Translations under genes and position numbers: made by a program
Assembly (NCBI GenBank): GCA_963827655.1
Contig: CAWHCF010000020.1
Coordinates: 1-64,000, forward strand
Direction: 5' to 3'
Source: an uncultured Acidobacteriota bacterium
GTDB lineage: Bacteria > Acidobacteriota > UBA6911
DNA: 64,000 nt
Shown: one piece after another, positions 33,567 to 43,510 of the stretch
Layout: each line of letters starts with the position of its first letter
How positions within the stretch are numbered: the first letter of the stretch is position 1
Notes under the pieces: generated by a model
Databases searched by the model: none
What the model was told of the DNA's origin: nothing
The model's input: only the letters and a program-made list of their open reading frames with translations

Positions 33567-33612
33567 GGTTCCTCCAACTGCCGATTGAGACATTCTTCGC
33601 GTCGCAATGAGC

Positions 33613-34080
33613 TCACCGCGCCAGGCGATAGTGAAAATCCGTGATGCGGGCCTTGCGCCGGCGCGCCCAACCTAACTTGACTCTGGTCCCGACGGCGAGC
33701 CGCTGCGCCGCCTCGGCGATATTTGAGAGGTCGACCCCCTTCACGAAGTTCACCATTGCGGTGCTTGCTCCCTCCAGAGTGACATAGGCGATGGCATAAG
33801 GAGGGTCAGGGAGCCCGAGAAAAGGTTCGGTCGTGATGGTGAACGACTCGATGACGCCTCGCGGTCCGACGTCGACCCATTCTTCAGTGGCGAGGAAGCA
33901 TCGGTCGCAAAAGGCGCGGGGCGGCAGGATCACGCGCCGGCATTTCGGGCACCGGACGCCGCTGACGCGCTTCTCGTCACGCAGCCGGCGGAGGAATTCG
34001 CTGCCAGTGATGCCGGCGGCGTACTGGTACGAAATGTCCCAGCGGCCCGGAACCGTGAGAATATCCTGATTGGTGTCCAA
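33613..34080 (-). CDS. DUF35 Zn-ribbon/OB-fold protein
   Basis: CPKC...PPRAFCDRC followed by an OB-fold region. Confidence 0.9.
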   Translation of the reverse strand: MDTNQDILTVPGRWDISYQYAAGITGSEFLRRLRDEKRVSGVRCPKCRRVILPPRAFCDRCFLATEEWVDVGPRGVIESFTITTEPFLGLPDPPYAIAYVTLEGASTAMVNFVKGVDLSNIAEAAQRLAVGTRVKLGWARRRKARITDFHYRLAR

Positions 34081-34171
34081 CGATCGACCTCCCTTGGTCT
34101 ATCCGTTCTTCCGTCTCATCGTGGTAGCTCCGAGATATTACTGCGAGCTAACCAGCAAGCTACATAAGACG

Positions 34172-35353
34172 CTAGGCATCAGAAGCGAGGACCATGCACG
34201 TATGAAACTGGAGTGAGCCGCCAACGCCAGTCGCGATGGCCAGGCGGGCGTTTGGCACCTGACGTTCTCCCGCCTGTCCCATGACCTGAAGAGCCGCTTC
34301 CGCGACTCTCACCAGCGCCGTCGCCGAGATCGGATTGGCGCACAAGGTTCCGCCCGAAGGATTGACCGGAAGGTCGCCGTTCATATCCCAGGCGCCCCGC
34401 TCGGTCAGCGCTCCCCCCTCCCCTTTGTCGCAGAATCCCAGGGCTTCGACCGCGGCGATCTCCGTGCAGGTGAAGGGGGCGTAGATTTCAGCGACCGAGA
34501 CCTCCCGGCGGGGGTCTTGGACACCCGCCATCGTATAAGCGCGCCGCGCCGCCAGCGCGAGGTCGTCCCAGTCAGCATAGTCGACCTCGCAGTGTGGACC
34601 CATCCGGTCTCCCATGTAGTATGTGTTGGTGCAGCCAGCGAATCCTCGCACCCATGCGGGCCGCGTAGATTTCCGCAACGCCACATCCTCCGAGGCCAGG
34701 ACGATCGCACACGCTCCGCTGGAGCGCGGGCAGCAGTCCGCCAGCTTCAGCGGGTAGCAGATGTAGCGCGACGCCAGGGCTTCTTCCAACCCGATGGGCT
34801 TGCGCAGATGTGCCAGCGGGTTCCTCACTCCATTGGCCCGGCTGCGCACGGCGACCGTGGCGAACTGTCTCTCGGTCGTCTTGTACTTGTGCATGTGCCG
34901 CACGGCCTGAAAGGAACACATGTTGATGGCATTGAGCGCGAAATCCTTCTCGTAGAACGGGTCCCACGGAGCGTTCAGTACCTTCTGCGCGTCCGGCGAT
35001 TCAGCGACTTTGTCAGCGCAGACGACCAGCACGGTTTGAAACATGCCGGAGGCGATGTGGTAGCAGCCTGCCTGAGCGGCCGATCCGCCGGTTGCCCCCC
35101 CGGTATTGACCCGGAAGTAGGGCTTCCCGGCGGCGCCGACCGACGCTGCCGCCCATTTTTCAGCTTCGTTGACACCGACGAGCGCAGACGGAGCGAGGCC
35201 GAGCACCACGGCCTCGATCTCATCCACCGACATGCCGGCGTGCTCCAGGGCGCTCCGGACCGCGGTTTGGGCCAGCTCGGCCCAGGTCAACTCCGGCGTC
35301 TGGAAGCGGTAGGGCGTCTGGCCCACGCCGATGATGGCGGTGCGAACCGTCAT
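34172..35353 (-). CDS. Thiolase-fold protein lacking the catalytic Cys (Ltp3-like)
   Basis: RVNTGGATGG in place of xCxSG; NPSGGTLCANPISA. Confidence 0.85.
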   Translation of the reverse strand: MTVRTAIIGVGQTPYRFQTPELTWAELAQTAVRSALEHAGMSVDEIEAVVLGLAPSALVGVNEAEKWAAASVGAAGKPYFRVNTGGATGGSAAQAGCYHIASGMFQTVLVVCADKVAESPDAQKVLNAPWDPFYEKDFALNAINMCSFQAVRHMHKYKTTERQFATVAVRSRANGVRNPLAHLRKPIGLEEALASRYICYPLKLADCCPRSSGACAIVLASEDVALRKSTRPAWVRGFAGCTNTYYMGDRMGPHCEVDYADWDDLALAARRAYTMAGVQDPRREVSVAEIYAPFTCTEIAAVEALGFCDKGEGGALTERGAWDMNGDLPVNPSGGTLCANPISATALVRVAEAALQVMGQAGERQVPNARLAIATGVGGSLQFHTCMVLASDA

Positions 35354-36528
35354 CCCCTGTCTCCCTGCGCTTCGCTTGACAGAATGAAGAGAGAATGGCT
35401 CTGCCCGGCGTACCCGGTGCAGCCGTGAGCCAGGGCCGTTCTCGCGCCTGCGACCTGGCGTCCTTCGGCCCGGCCCTGAAGTTGAAGGCACGCTTCGGCC
35501 ACGCGCGTCAGGCCGGCCGACGACACCGGATAGGCGGAGAGGCAGCCACCGGACGGGTTCACGGGAAGCTTTCCACCCATCGCCGTGAAGCCGCTGCGCG
35601 CGAGTTCGCCCGCTTCTCCGGGCTTGCAGAACCCGAGTGCCTCGCAGGCCAGCAGCTCGTGATAGGCTGTGACGTCGCATACCTCGGCCAGGTCCAGATC
35701 ATGAGCCGGATCGCCGATGCCCGCCTGCTCATAGGCGCGGCGCGCCGCCGCTTCGAGCGCGCCGAATCGCCACAGGTCCCTCTCGCCAAGATAGTAGGAC
35801 TCCGAGCACCAACCTATCCCCCGCAGAAACACGGGCCGGACGTCGAGGTCGCGGGCACGCTCCGCCGTGGTCAACACCAGGGCGCAGGCGCCGTCGGCTT
35901 CGGGCGCGATTTCCAGTTTCCGGAGCGGATGAGCGATAACCGGCGAAGCGAGGACCTCATCGATTTCGACGGAGTGAACCCCGTCCAGAAGAGGATTGCT
36001 GGAACCGTGGGTGCGGTTCTTCACCGACACGCGGGCGGCAGCTTCTTCCACCGCGGGGTACCTGTGGCGGTAAGCGCCGGCCATGAGTGCGGACGCGATG
36101 ATATGGTTCAACCCGAATGGCCGGTGATAAAAAGGATCGGAGGCCAGGTTCTGGCCCTCCTGATAGGGAGACTCCGACGGCTTCGACCAGGCCGCCACGA
36201 GACTGGTCTGGAAGTGGCCGGTCATCAGGCGCAGGGCCGCCGCGATCAGGGCGAAGGATCCTTCGTCCGCCGTCTTGATCTCATCATTCAGGTAGGCGCC
36301 CGCGGCATTGGCAGTCAGCATGCTCGAAATGCAGCGCCCGTCGACGAAGTCGGAGGCCGCGATCGCGATGCTGTCCACCTGGTCGCGCGCGATGCCGGCG
36401 TCCTTCAGGGCGGTGGCGCAAGTCTCGAAGATCAGGTCCTCGAGGCGGCGCCCGGTGTGCCCGGCGGAGCGGTAGCTGCTCTGTGCCACACCCACAATCG
36501 CCAGCTGGGAAGTCAAAGCGCCAAGCAC
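35350..36528 (-). CDS. Thiolase-fold protein lacking the catalytic Cys (Ltp4-like)
   Basis: ASDFVDGRCIS, DGACALVL and NPSGGCL motifs; stop overlaps the next ATG. Confidence 0.85.
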   Translation of the reverse strand: MLGALTSQLAIVGVAQSSYRSAGHTGRRLEDLIFETCATALKDAGIARDQVDSIAIAASDFVDGRCISSMLTANAAGAYLNDEIKTADEGSFALIAAALRLMTGHFQTSLVAAWSKPSESPYQEGQNLASDPFYHRPFGLNHIIASALMAGAYRHRYPAVEEAAARVSVKNRTHGSSNPLLDGVHSVEIDEVLASPVIAHPLRKLEIAPEADGACALVLTTAERARDLDVRPVFLRGIGWCSESYYLGERDLWRFGALEAAARRAYEQAGIGDPAHDLDLAEVCDVTAYHELLACEALGFCKPGEAGELARSGFTAMGGKLPVNPSGGCLSAYPVSSAGLTRVAEACLQLQGRAEGRQVAGARTALAHGCTGYAGQSHSLFILSSEAQGDRG

Positions 36529-36587
36529 TCCAGTTTTTCAAGCCCTATACAGTGACCTTGCATTCTGCCACGAATTCGCCAATTCTG

Positions 36588-36637
36588 TCTTCGCGTTTCT
36601 ACCACGAAGGCGCGAAGACACGAAGAAACACCAAGAT
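36588..36637 (+). repeat. REP-like repeat copy
   Basis: accacgaaggcgcgaagacacgaagaaacaccaag. Confidence 0.75.
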
Positions 36638-36662
36638 CACCGCAAACAGAAGGAGGCAAGGC

Positions 36663-38279
36663 ATGAACCTGGCGTGGTGGCTGGAAACGGGGGCGTGGGA
36701 ATACCCGGATAAGACGGCAATCATCAATCCCGACGGATCGGAGATCACCTATTCCGAGCTCAACCAGCTGTCCAATAGAATCGCAAACCTGCTGCGCGAC
36801 CGGTACGCTATCCGGCCGGACGACGTCGTGACCACGCTCGCCGGCGAGACGCACTGGCATGTCGCCATCATGTTCGGACTCTGGAAAATCGGCGCGGTGG
36901 TGTGCCCCTTGAATCGGACCCAGACCTATCCGAAGTTCGTCCAGGACATCCGCATCACAAGGGCGAAGCTGTTGATCGTGGAGCCGAAGTTCCTGGATGT
37001 GGCGATGCGGCTGTCGGCGGAGCGGGAGATCCCGAATGCCGTACTCCTGGGCGAGCAGAGCGATGCCTTCCCTGATTTCAAGACCCTGGTTCGGGACGCC
37101 GGCGATCAGATCCGCATGACTCCGCGAGCCAACGCGGATCTGGCAATCATCAACTTCACAACCGGCACCACGGGTCCCTCGAAGGGCGCGATGCTGCCGC
37201 ACGGGGCGCTCGTGACATCGTATCTTTCGGGCATGCACTGGGCCGGAATGAAGAGCTCCGAGCGCGGTCTCTGCCCGCTCTACCTGTTTCATGCCGGCGG
37301 CCTGAGCATTGTCCTGACCGGACTGGTGGCGCATTCGACCGTCATCATGATGGGAGAACCGTGGAACAGCGACCGGTTCATCGACCTTATGGAACGCTAC
37401 CGCCCGGACTGGGTGTTCATCATGGTTCCGGTAATGACCCGGGACCTGGGACGAAACCCTCGTTTCGCCGGCCTGGACTGCACCGGAGTGAGGCTGCATC
37501 TGGCGGGCGAGCCGGTCCATCCGGAGGTGCAGAAGTTGTGGGAGGACCGGGGCGCCCGAACCTTGATTCTCTACGGCATGACGGAAAGCATGGCGGTCTG
37601 CGTCACTTTGAACTCGTTCTACTACGGCGACGACAAATCGGTCGGGAAAGGTCTGGTCGGCAAGCCCAACCGCGAATTCGGCGACGTCAAGCTCATCGAT
37701 CCCCTCACCCATGAGGAAATAACCGAACCGGGGATCAGGGGGGAACTCTGCTTTCGAGGGGATGTCCTGACGCCCGGCTACTACAACGATCCGGCGCGAA
37801 CGCGCGAGTCGATCGACCCGGAGGGGTGGTTCCATACCTTCGACCTGGCAGTGCGCAATAGCGAGGGCTATTTCACCGTCGGCGGGCGCACGGACGATAT
37901 CATCTCAAGCGGTGGAGAAAAGCTCTCGCTCATCGAGGTGGAAAACGCGATTCTGCAGGCTCCGTTCGTAAAAGACGCGGCCTGTATCGGCGTGCCTCAC
38001 ACGCGCTTCGGACATTCGCCCGCCGCCATCGTCGCTCCGGCTGAAGACCTGGAGGAAAACGAGCTCATGAACCGGCTGGACGAATTCCTGAGGGAAAACC
38101 TCGAGCGATGGAAGCGACCGCGTCTCGTTATACGGGTTGATGAGGTCCCGCGCACCCTGGCCAAGCGGACGAAGATCTGGCCCAAGTTGCGAGAACTGAT
38201 CCAGGGAGTCGAACTCTCAGGGGAAGGCGTAACTACCCTGACAGCCTACCGCCGCGAGCATAGCCGATTGACGATTTGA
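36663..38279 (+). CDS. Acyl-CoA synthetase (AMP-binding, class I adenylate-forming)
   Basis: FTTGTTGPSKG, YGMTES and GRTDDIISSGGEK motifs. Confidence 0.92.
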   Translation: MNLAWWLETGAWEYPDKTAIINPDGSEITYSELNQLSNRIANLLRDRYAIRPDDVVTTLAGETHWHVAIMFGLWKIGAVVCPLNRTQTYPKFVQDIRITRAKLLIVEPKFLDVAMRLSAEREIPNAVLLGEQSDAFPDFKTLVRDAGDQIRMTPRANADLAIINFTTGTTGPSKGAMLPHGALVTSYLSGMHWAGMKSSERGLCPLYLFHAGGLSIVLTGLVAHSTVIMMGEPWNSDRFIDLMERYRPDWVFIMVPVMTRDLGRNPRFAGLDCTGVRLHLAGEPVHPEVQKLWEDRGARTLILYGMTESMAVCVTLNSFYYGDDKSVGKGLVGKPNREFGDVKLIDPLTHEEITEPGIRGELCFRGDVLTPGYYNDPARTRESIDPEGWFHTFDLAVRNSEGYFTVGGRTDDIISSGGEKLSLIEVENAILQAPFVKDAACIGVPHTRFGHSPAAIVAPAEDLEENELMNRLDEFLRENLERWKRPRLVIRVDEVPRTLAKRTKIWPKLRELIQGVELSGEGVTTLTAYRREHSRLTI

Positions 38280-38463
38280 CGATTGACGATTGACGATTGA
38301 AAAAACGACTGCGGGATGAGAACTTCCGACGCTCAAGATCTCCGGTCATGGCGGGCATGCATTCGACCGAATGAATCGGCATGGTCAGATCTTGCAGCGT
38401 CGGAGAGTTCTCATCTCGCAGTCGTTTTTCAATCGTCAATCGTCAATCGTAAATCGTCAATCG
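38265..38463. repeat. ~200-bp foldback with terminal GATTGAC heptamer arrays
   Basis: Left and right arms are near-perfect reverse complements over about 75 bp. Confidence 0.88.
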
Positions 38464-38510
38464 ATTTGACCTGGACCCAGGATGCGGCTTTTCATTACAC
38501 TTCCCGATAA

Positions 38511-38793
38511 ATGCCGGTCACCTTTCTCATACCGGGCCCCTTGCGTCCTTTCGCCGCCGGGAAAAGCCACATCGTCATTGAGCCGTCCCCGGCCACTCTG
38601 GCGGATGCTCTGGAAGCGCTGTGGAAGCGGTGTCCGGGTATTCGCGACCGTGTAGTAACCGAACAGGCTCAAATCCGGGAGCACATCAATGTATTCGTCG
38701 GCAACGAAGATGTCCGCTACACGGGAGGGCTTCAAACACCCCTACGCGATGGCGCGGAGATCTCGATTGTCCCGGCCATCAGCGGCGGATTGA
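38511..38793 (+). CDS. MoaD/ThiS-family ubiquitin-like sulfur carrier; one extra base before the TGA after GG
   Basis: HINVFVGNEDVRY...IVPAISGG followed by T-TGA. Confidence 0.85.
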
Positions 38794-38818
38794 CTCGAGC
38801 CGTAACCTGGCGGTACTG

Positions 38819-39673
38819 CTACCGGACGGCGAAATCGCGCCGATAGCGCTCGAGAAGTTGCTCCCTTGTTCCCTCGAAGAGGTAGATCTTCCCGCGGATT
38901 TCTCTGGATCCTCCCTGCGCCAGCGGGCCGATGTTGACGCTCAGATGCATGCAATCCCACGGATTGTGTCCCTGGGCCGAGAGGAACCGCTCCCACGCTA
39001 TGCCCGTGACCCACCTCCCGCTGGTCGATTCGCGGGCGATCAACCCGCCGGCGGCGTCGATTTCCGACTTGGGCCATTTTCCGGACCAAACGTATTTGCC
39101 CGCTCGATCGGCTTCGGCGTCCACGTCTGGTCGAAGCTTCCGGTTGAAATGAATCTCACGGGCCAGCAGGCGGCCGAGCCCATCAGCGCCGAGAAAAAAG
39201 GTCTTGGTATTGATGAAATCCTTGTTGCGGATCTCCGACGGCCCCGGATTGAAACACGGGATAATGGCCGCCAGCTGCGGCCACGCATGGTCCGACCGGT
39301 TGGTAACTTTCAAGATCATCTCGACAACACCCACCCCCGCTGTAGCCTCAAGACGAAGGCCGAGGGGCTCGGAGACGATAGTGCCGTTCGATCCGTCCGC
39401 GCTCAAGCTGACCTGGTTGCGATGAGTCCCTTGTGTGTGCTGCCCTTTTTGCATCGCCTCGAACATGTTCCACTCATAGAACCAGAGATACATCAGCATG
39501 TCCGGGTGTTCGGGCGGGTGGATGGCGATTCCACGGTCCCATTGAGAGAGTCGTACCAACGGGTCGCGCGCTTGCGTTGCCGTGGAAGCGGAGGCGAACA
39601 GGGCCAGCGCAAGCGTGAGGACGACGATGCCCGCGGATACGCCGCCCGAAGTCGGCGGCACTCCTCGAATCAT
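38819..39673 (-). CDS. Hypothetical secreted protein
   Basis: Signal-like segment and Trp-rich body (LWFYEWNMFEA, GHNPWDCMHLS). Confidence 0.7.
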   Translation of the reverse strand: MIRGVPPTSGGVSAGIVVLTLALALFASASTATQARDPLVRLSQWDRGIAIHPPEHPDMLMYLWFYEWNMFEAMQKGQHTQGTHRNQVSLSADGSNGTIVSEPLGLRLEATAGVGVVEMILKVTNRSDHAWPQLAAIIPCFNPGPSEIRNKDFINTKTFFLGADGLGRLLAREIHFNRKLRPDVDAEADRAGKYVWSGKWPKSEIDAAGGLIARESTSGRWVTGIAWERFLSAQGHNPWDCMHLSVNIGPLAQGGSREIRGKIYLFEGTREQLLERYRRDFAVR

Positions 39674-39796
39674 GGGTTCTTGCGGTCTATACATTTGCAA
39701 CGTTGATTGGCCCTCTACTGGTGGAGTCTGGCGAAGCAAGCTTCGACATCAAGCGGCAGCGTCAAACGAGTGCAGCTCAAACCCGGCGCCTCGTAC

Positions 39797-40216
39797 CTAT
39801 GGCTCCTCCGAGCCGGGATATTCACCCATTGTTGATGCGCTGCTACCAAACTGGGTCAAGGAAAGCTTGTTCCCGTCGGGATCTCTAAACCATGCGACCT
39901 CGGAGCCGCCAGGGAAGCTGCAGATTCCCATATCGTCCTGAGGCAGGCCTTCGTATTGTTCGAAGGTGATGCCTTTTGCCCTGAGATCTGTGATTGCTTG
40001 CCTGACGTCGGGGACTTTCCAACCGAAAACCGTATGGCGGGCGGGGTTGACCATCTGGACCTTTGCGATTCGAAGCATCGTGCCGTTGGCGTCGAAAACC
40101 AGGGCAAATGGCTCGTCGGCCACGAGTCGCAGGCCGAGAATGTTTTCATAGAATTCCTTTGCTTTGGCCGGCTGAGCCGTTGCCACAAACGCGATCACCT
40201 CGCAGGAACCAAGCAT
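39797..40216 (-). CDS. VOC/glyoxalase family protein
   Basis: AKEFYENILGL...AWFRDPDGNKLSL. Confidence 0.88.
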   Translation of the reverse strand: MLGSCEVIAFVATAQPAKAKEFYENILGLRLVADEPFALVFDANGTMLRIAKVQMVNPARHTVFGWKVPDVRQAITDLRAKGITFEQYEGLPQDDMGICSFPGGSEVAWFRDPDGNKLSLTQFGSSASTMGEYPGSEEP

Positions 40217-40452
40217 CGTCACCCCCGTTACCTCAAACGTACCATCGATCTTATGTGAATCAAAAAAGCAAGGAAGTACGCACTGCCACCGTCCGGCGTC
40301 ATATTCGCTCAGCCCTACCGGGGATTCAAGCCTGCATTTGCGACGGGCGGGTGCCCATGCCAGGCCAGGGCTCTCTCCTGATCGCGTCGCCTGGTCGGGG
40401 ACCATGGGCCGAGCGGGCGATTGTGTTATCGTATCGTCTCCGGAGGAATACC

Positions 40453-42157
40453 ATGAAAGTTCGAAAGCGCGGGGCATGGGCGATGCTCCTCTTATTGACT
40501 GCCAGGGCCTTCAGGGTCAACGGCCGGGCGGGAGGATATTGTCCACTCGTTCGGGTACATTTCCATGAAGGACGGCGCGCAGATCTCTTACACACTGCAT
40601 CGGCCGTCCGCCCAGGGACGCTTTCCCACTTTACTGGTCTACAACATGTATGACGCGTCGGCCGTCGCACCCAATTGGAACCAGACGGTGTCGACGGAAG
40701 TCTCCGACTACCTCGAGGAAGGATTCGCGGTCATGGGCGCAAACGTCCGGGGCACGGGCTGCTCCAGCGGGAGCCTCGACCCGCTCGATGCCGAGCAGGT
40801 CGGTAGGGACGGCGCCGAAGTGATCGAGTGGATTGCGCGCCAGCCATGGAGCGATGGTGCCGTCGGGATGTTCGGCCATTCCGGCTCGGGAATCACGCAA
40901 TTCTACGTTGCGGCCCGGAATCCCGCGCCGCTCAAGGCGGTCATCCCGGGCGCGGCCCCGGCTGATCTCTACCGGGATATCGGCTATCCCGGCGGACTGT
41001 TCAACTACACTTTCATGTATCAGTGGTCGGAACGGGCGCAACCGGCTCAGTCGGAGCATGCGGCCCGGGTCCACATTGAAAGCGGCGATAGGGACTGCGC
41101 GGAACGCGTCAGGAGCCGGCAACCCAATACAACATTCAAGGAGCTGACGAGCCGGCCCCTGGACGATGATTGGTACGCGAGGCATTCGGTCTACTCGGTG
41201 GCCTCGCGCATCAAGGTGCCTGCTTTCGTGGTTTTCGGCTGGCAGGACCAGAGCGTTCTCTCAAGCGCCATTCGCGTCTTCGATCAGCTGCAGGGACCGA
41301 AAAGAATGCTGCTGGCCGAGGAGGGGCACAACTTCTACATCCGCTCGATCGAGTTGCGGCGCGAAAAGATTCGCTTCTTTAACCGCTGGCTGAAAGGTGC
41401 GTCCCCGGGCGCTCCTGACGTCAAGCCGATCAAGATCTGGCTCAGCATGCGAGGCTCGATCGAGAGCATCCCGGATCGGGTCCTGCACGTGGACCGGCTC
41501 CCGGCGCCCGGCACGCGCTGGACCGAGCTGTTTCTTGCCAAAGGGAACAGCCTGCAGTCAGAGCCTCCGGGTGAGGGAGCGAGCGCCACGTATCTATATC
41601 CGTCCGGCTCGGCCTTCGTGTACGGAGGCGAGCGCTATCCGCATACGCCGTCCGAACTGGGCGGACTGACGTTCCGGACGAAACCTTTTCCACGAGAGAC
41701 CCTTCTGCTGGGACCCACCGTGGTCCGGCTCTACCTGGCTTCCACGCAGGAGGACACGTCGGTTTTCGCCGTCCTGAACGAAGTGGATCCCTCCGGCGGG
41801 AGAAGGTATTTGCAGCGCGGATATCTGAAAGCCTCGATGCGGGAACTCGACCCTCAGGCTTCCAGGCCGGGATCGCCCGTGTATCGGTTCAAGAAGAGCG
41901 TGCCGCTGCGGCCCGGCGAGGTGACGGCGCTCGAGATCGAGCTGCATCCGACCGGAAGCATCATCGAAGCGGGCAATGCGCTCGAGCTTCTTGTGATGGC
42001 GCCGATGATGGTTCCGGAGCCGTTCGGGCAGTGGGGATTCATGCCGCTCCCGATGGCTATCAACACAATTCACATGTCGCCCGAGTACCGTTCCCGTGTG
42101 CTCTTGCCGTTTGTCGATGAACAAATACCACCAAGAAACAACGGGATTGACGATTGA
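40453..42157 (+). CDS. CocE/NonD family hydrolase; frameshift near the N-terminus
   Basis: NVRGTGCSSG and WSDGAVGMFGHSGSG motifs; C-terminal PepX-like domain. Confidence 0.88.
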
Positions 42158-42221
42158 CGATTTATGGCTGTCGACGAACGTGGACCATGGATCGTCAATC
42201 GTCAATCGTCAATCGTCAATC
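42145..42221. repeat. Inverted GATTGAC heptamer arrays between convergent genes (possible bidirectional terminator)
   Basis: gattgacgattgacgat ... atcgtcaatcgtcaatcgtcaatcgtcaatc. Confidence 0.8.
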
Positions 42222-42222
42222 T

Positions 42223-43023
42223 TTATCGGCCCTGGTAGTTCGGCTCTCGCTTCTCGGCGAAAGCGCGGGGACCCTCGCGCGCGTCGTCCGACGCAAGAAC
42301 CTCTGCGGCCCAGCGCAGCTCTTCATCGAATGCCTTGTCCAGCGGCAGTTCCAGGCAGGCCCGCACGGCGCGCTTGATATTCCGCACCGCGAGAGGACCG
42401 TTGGCCGCAATACGCGCGGCCAGGCCGTTCACTGTGTCCCAGAGCTGCGACGGCGGTACGACCCGGTTGATCAGCCCCGCAGCCAGAGCCTCGCGAGCCG
42501 TCAATCTCCCTCCCGTGAGCAGTATCTCCATCGCCCACGGGAAGGGAATCTGACGCGGCAGGCGCACAACGGAGCCTCCCGCGGGAAACAGTCCCCAGCG
42601 CGGCTCCTGAAGGGAAAACACGGCTCCCTCGACTGCCACCCGCAGGTCGCATGCGTTTAACAACTCGACGCCCCCGGCGTAGCAGAGGCCGTTCACCGCA
42701 GCGATCAAAGGCTTGGAGAGCTGTCCCTGCTTGAGAAATGCGCGCTGCAGCGAGGTCATGTCCGACAGCGTCCGGTAAGGATCTTTCGATTTACGCAAAT
42801 CATCGGTCAGGATCGGGATCAGCTCCTTCAGGTTGGCGCCGGAACAGAAGGCCCGGTCTGCCTCGCCGGTCATCACCACCACCCGCACACGGTCGTCCGC
42901 TTCCAGCTGGTCCCAAAGCTCCGCCAGGGTCTGGAGATCGGCCAGGAAGAGCGCGTTGAGGCTTTCCGGGTTGGCAATGGTCACAGTGGCGGTATAGCCA
43001 TTCCTTTCGACACGGATGGTCAT
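42223..43023 (-). CDS. Enoyl-CoA hydratase/isomerase (crotonase)
   Basis: AFCSGANL, AVNGLCYAGGVEL, EPRWGLFP and AFAEKREP motifs. Confidence 0.92.
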   Translation of the reverse strand: MTIRVERNGYTATVTIANPESLNALFLADLQTLAELWDQLEADDRVRVVVMTGEADRAFCSGANLKELIPILTDDLRKSKDPYRTLSDMTSLQRAFLKQGQLSKPLIAAVNGLCYAGGVELLNACDLRVAVEGAVFSLQEPRWGLFPAGGSVVRLPRQIPFPWAMEILLTGGRLTAREALAAGLINRVVPPSQLWDTVNGLAARIAANGPLAVRNIKRAVRACLELPLDKAFDEELRWAAEVLASDDAREGPRAFAEKREPNYQGR

Positions 43024-43171
43024 AGCAGAGCGTCCTCCGGATTTGAGTGGTGGCCTATCGGATACCGCGGAGACTAATGGACCCCGCGGGCCGAATTCTC
43101 TCTTGTCGGCTCGTCCATAGTACCGCTCTCGTTGCCGCGGCATGGGTGAAATTTGCCGGTCCCCTGAGCCA

Positions 43172-43235
43172 GCCACGAATTCCACGAATTTCACGAAACT
43201 TAAGTTGGCTCTGTGAAATTCGTGTAATCCGTGGC
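43172..43235. repeat. Hairpin of CACGAATT-type 9-mer repeats
   Basis: gccacgaattccacgaatttcacg ... gtgaaattcgtgtaatccgtggc. Confidence 0.72.
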
Positions 43236-43395
43236 AGACGCCTTGCTCTCTGGTTATTGGAAAATCTTGCCCGGAAAAGAAGATGTTTTCTCTTGTTATT
43301 CAGAAACGACCCGAACTATTGAGTCCGACACAATGGTCATGGACATCTTCGACAGTTCCGAACGAGCGACATCGAAGCGGCCTGGTAGATTTGGC

Positions 43396-43425
43396 TTGAC
43401 AATCCATTCCCGCGGCTGTTAGTCA
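43396..43425 (+). promoter_or_regulatory. Possible sigma70 promoter for the TonB receptor
   Basis: TTGACA-N18-TAGTCA with a TG extension. Confidence 0.3.
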
Positions 43426-43510
43426 GGCAACCAACTGGAGTCCACAACTTCCATAAAATCCCCCGCCGCTTGCAGGCGGCAGTTTTGGTCCATCCAGACG
43501 TGGAGGAATT

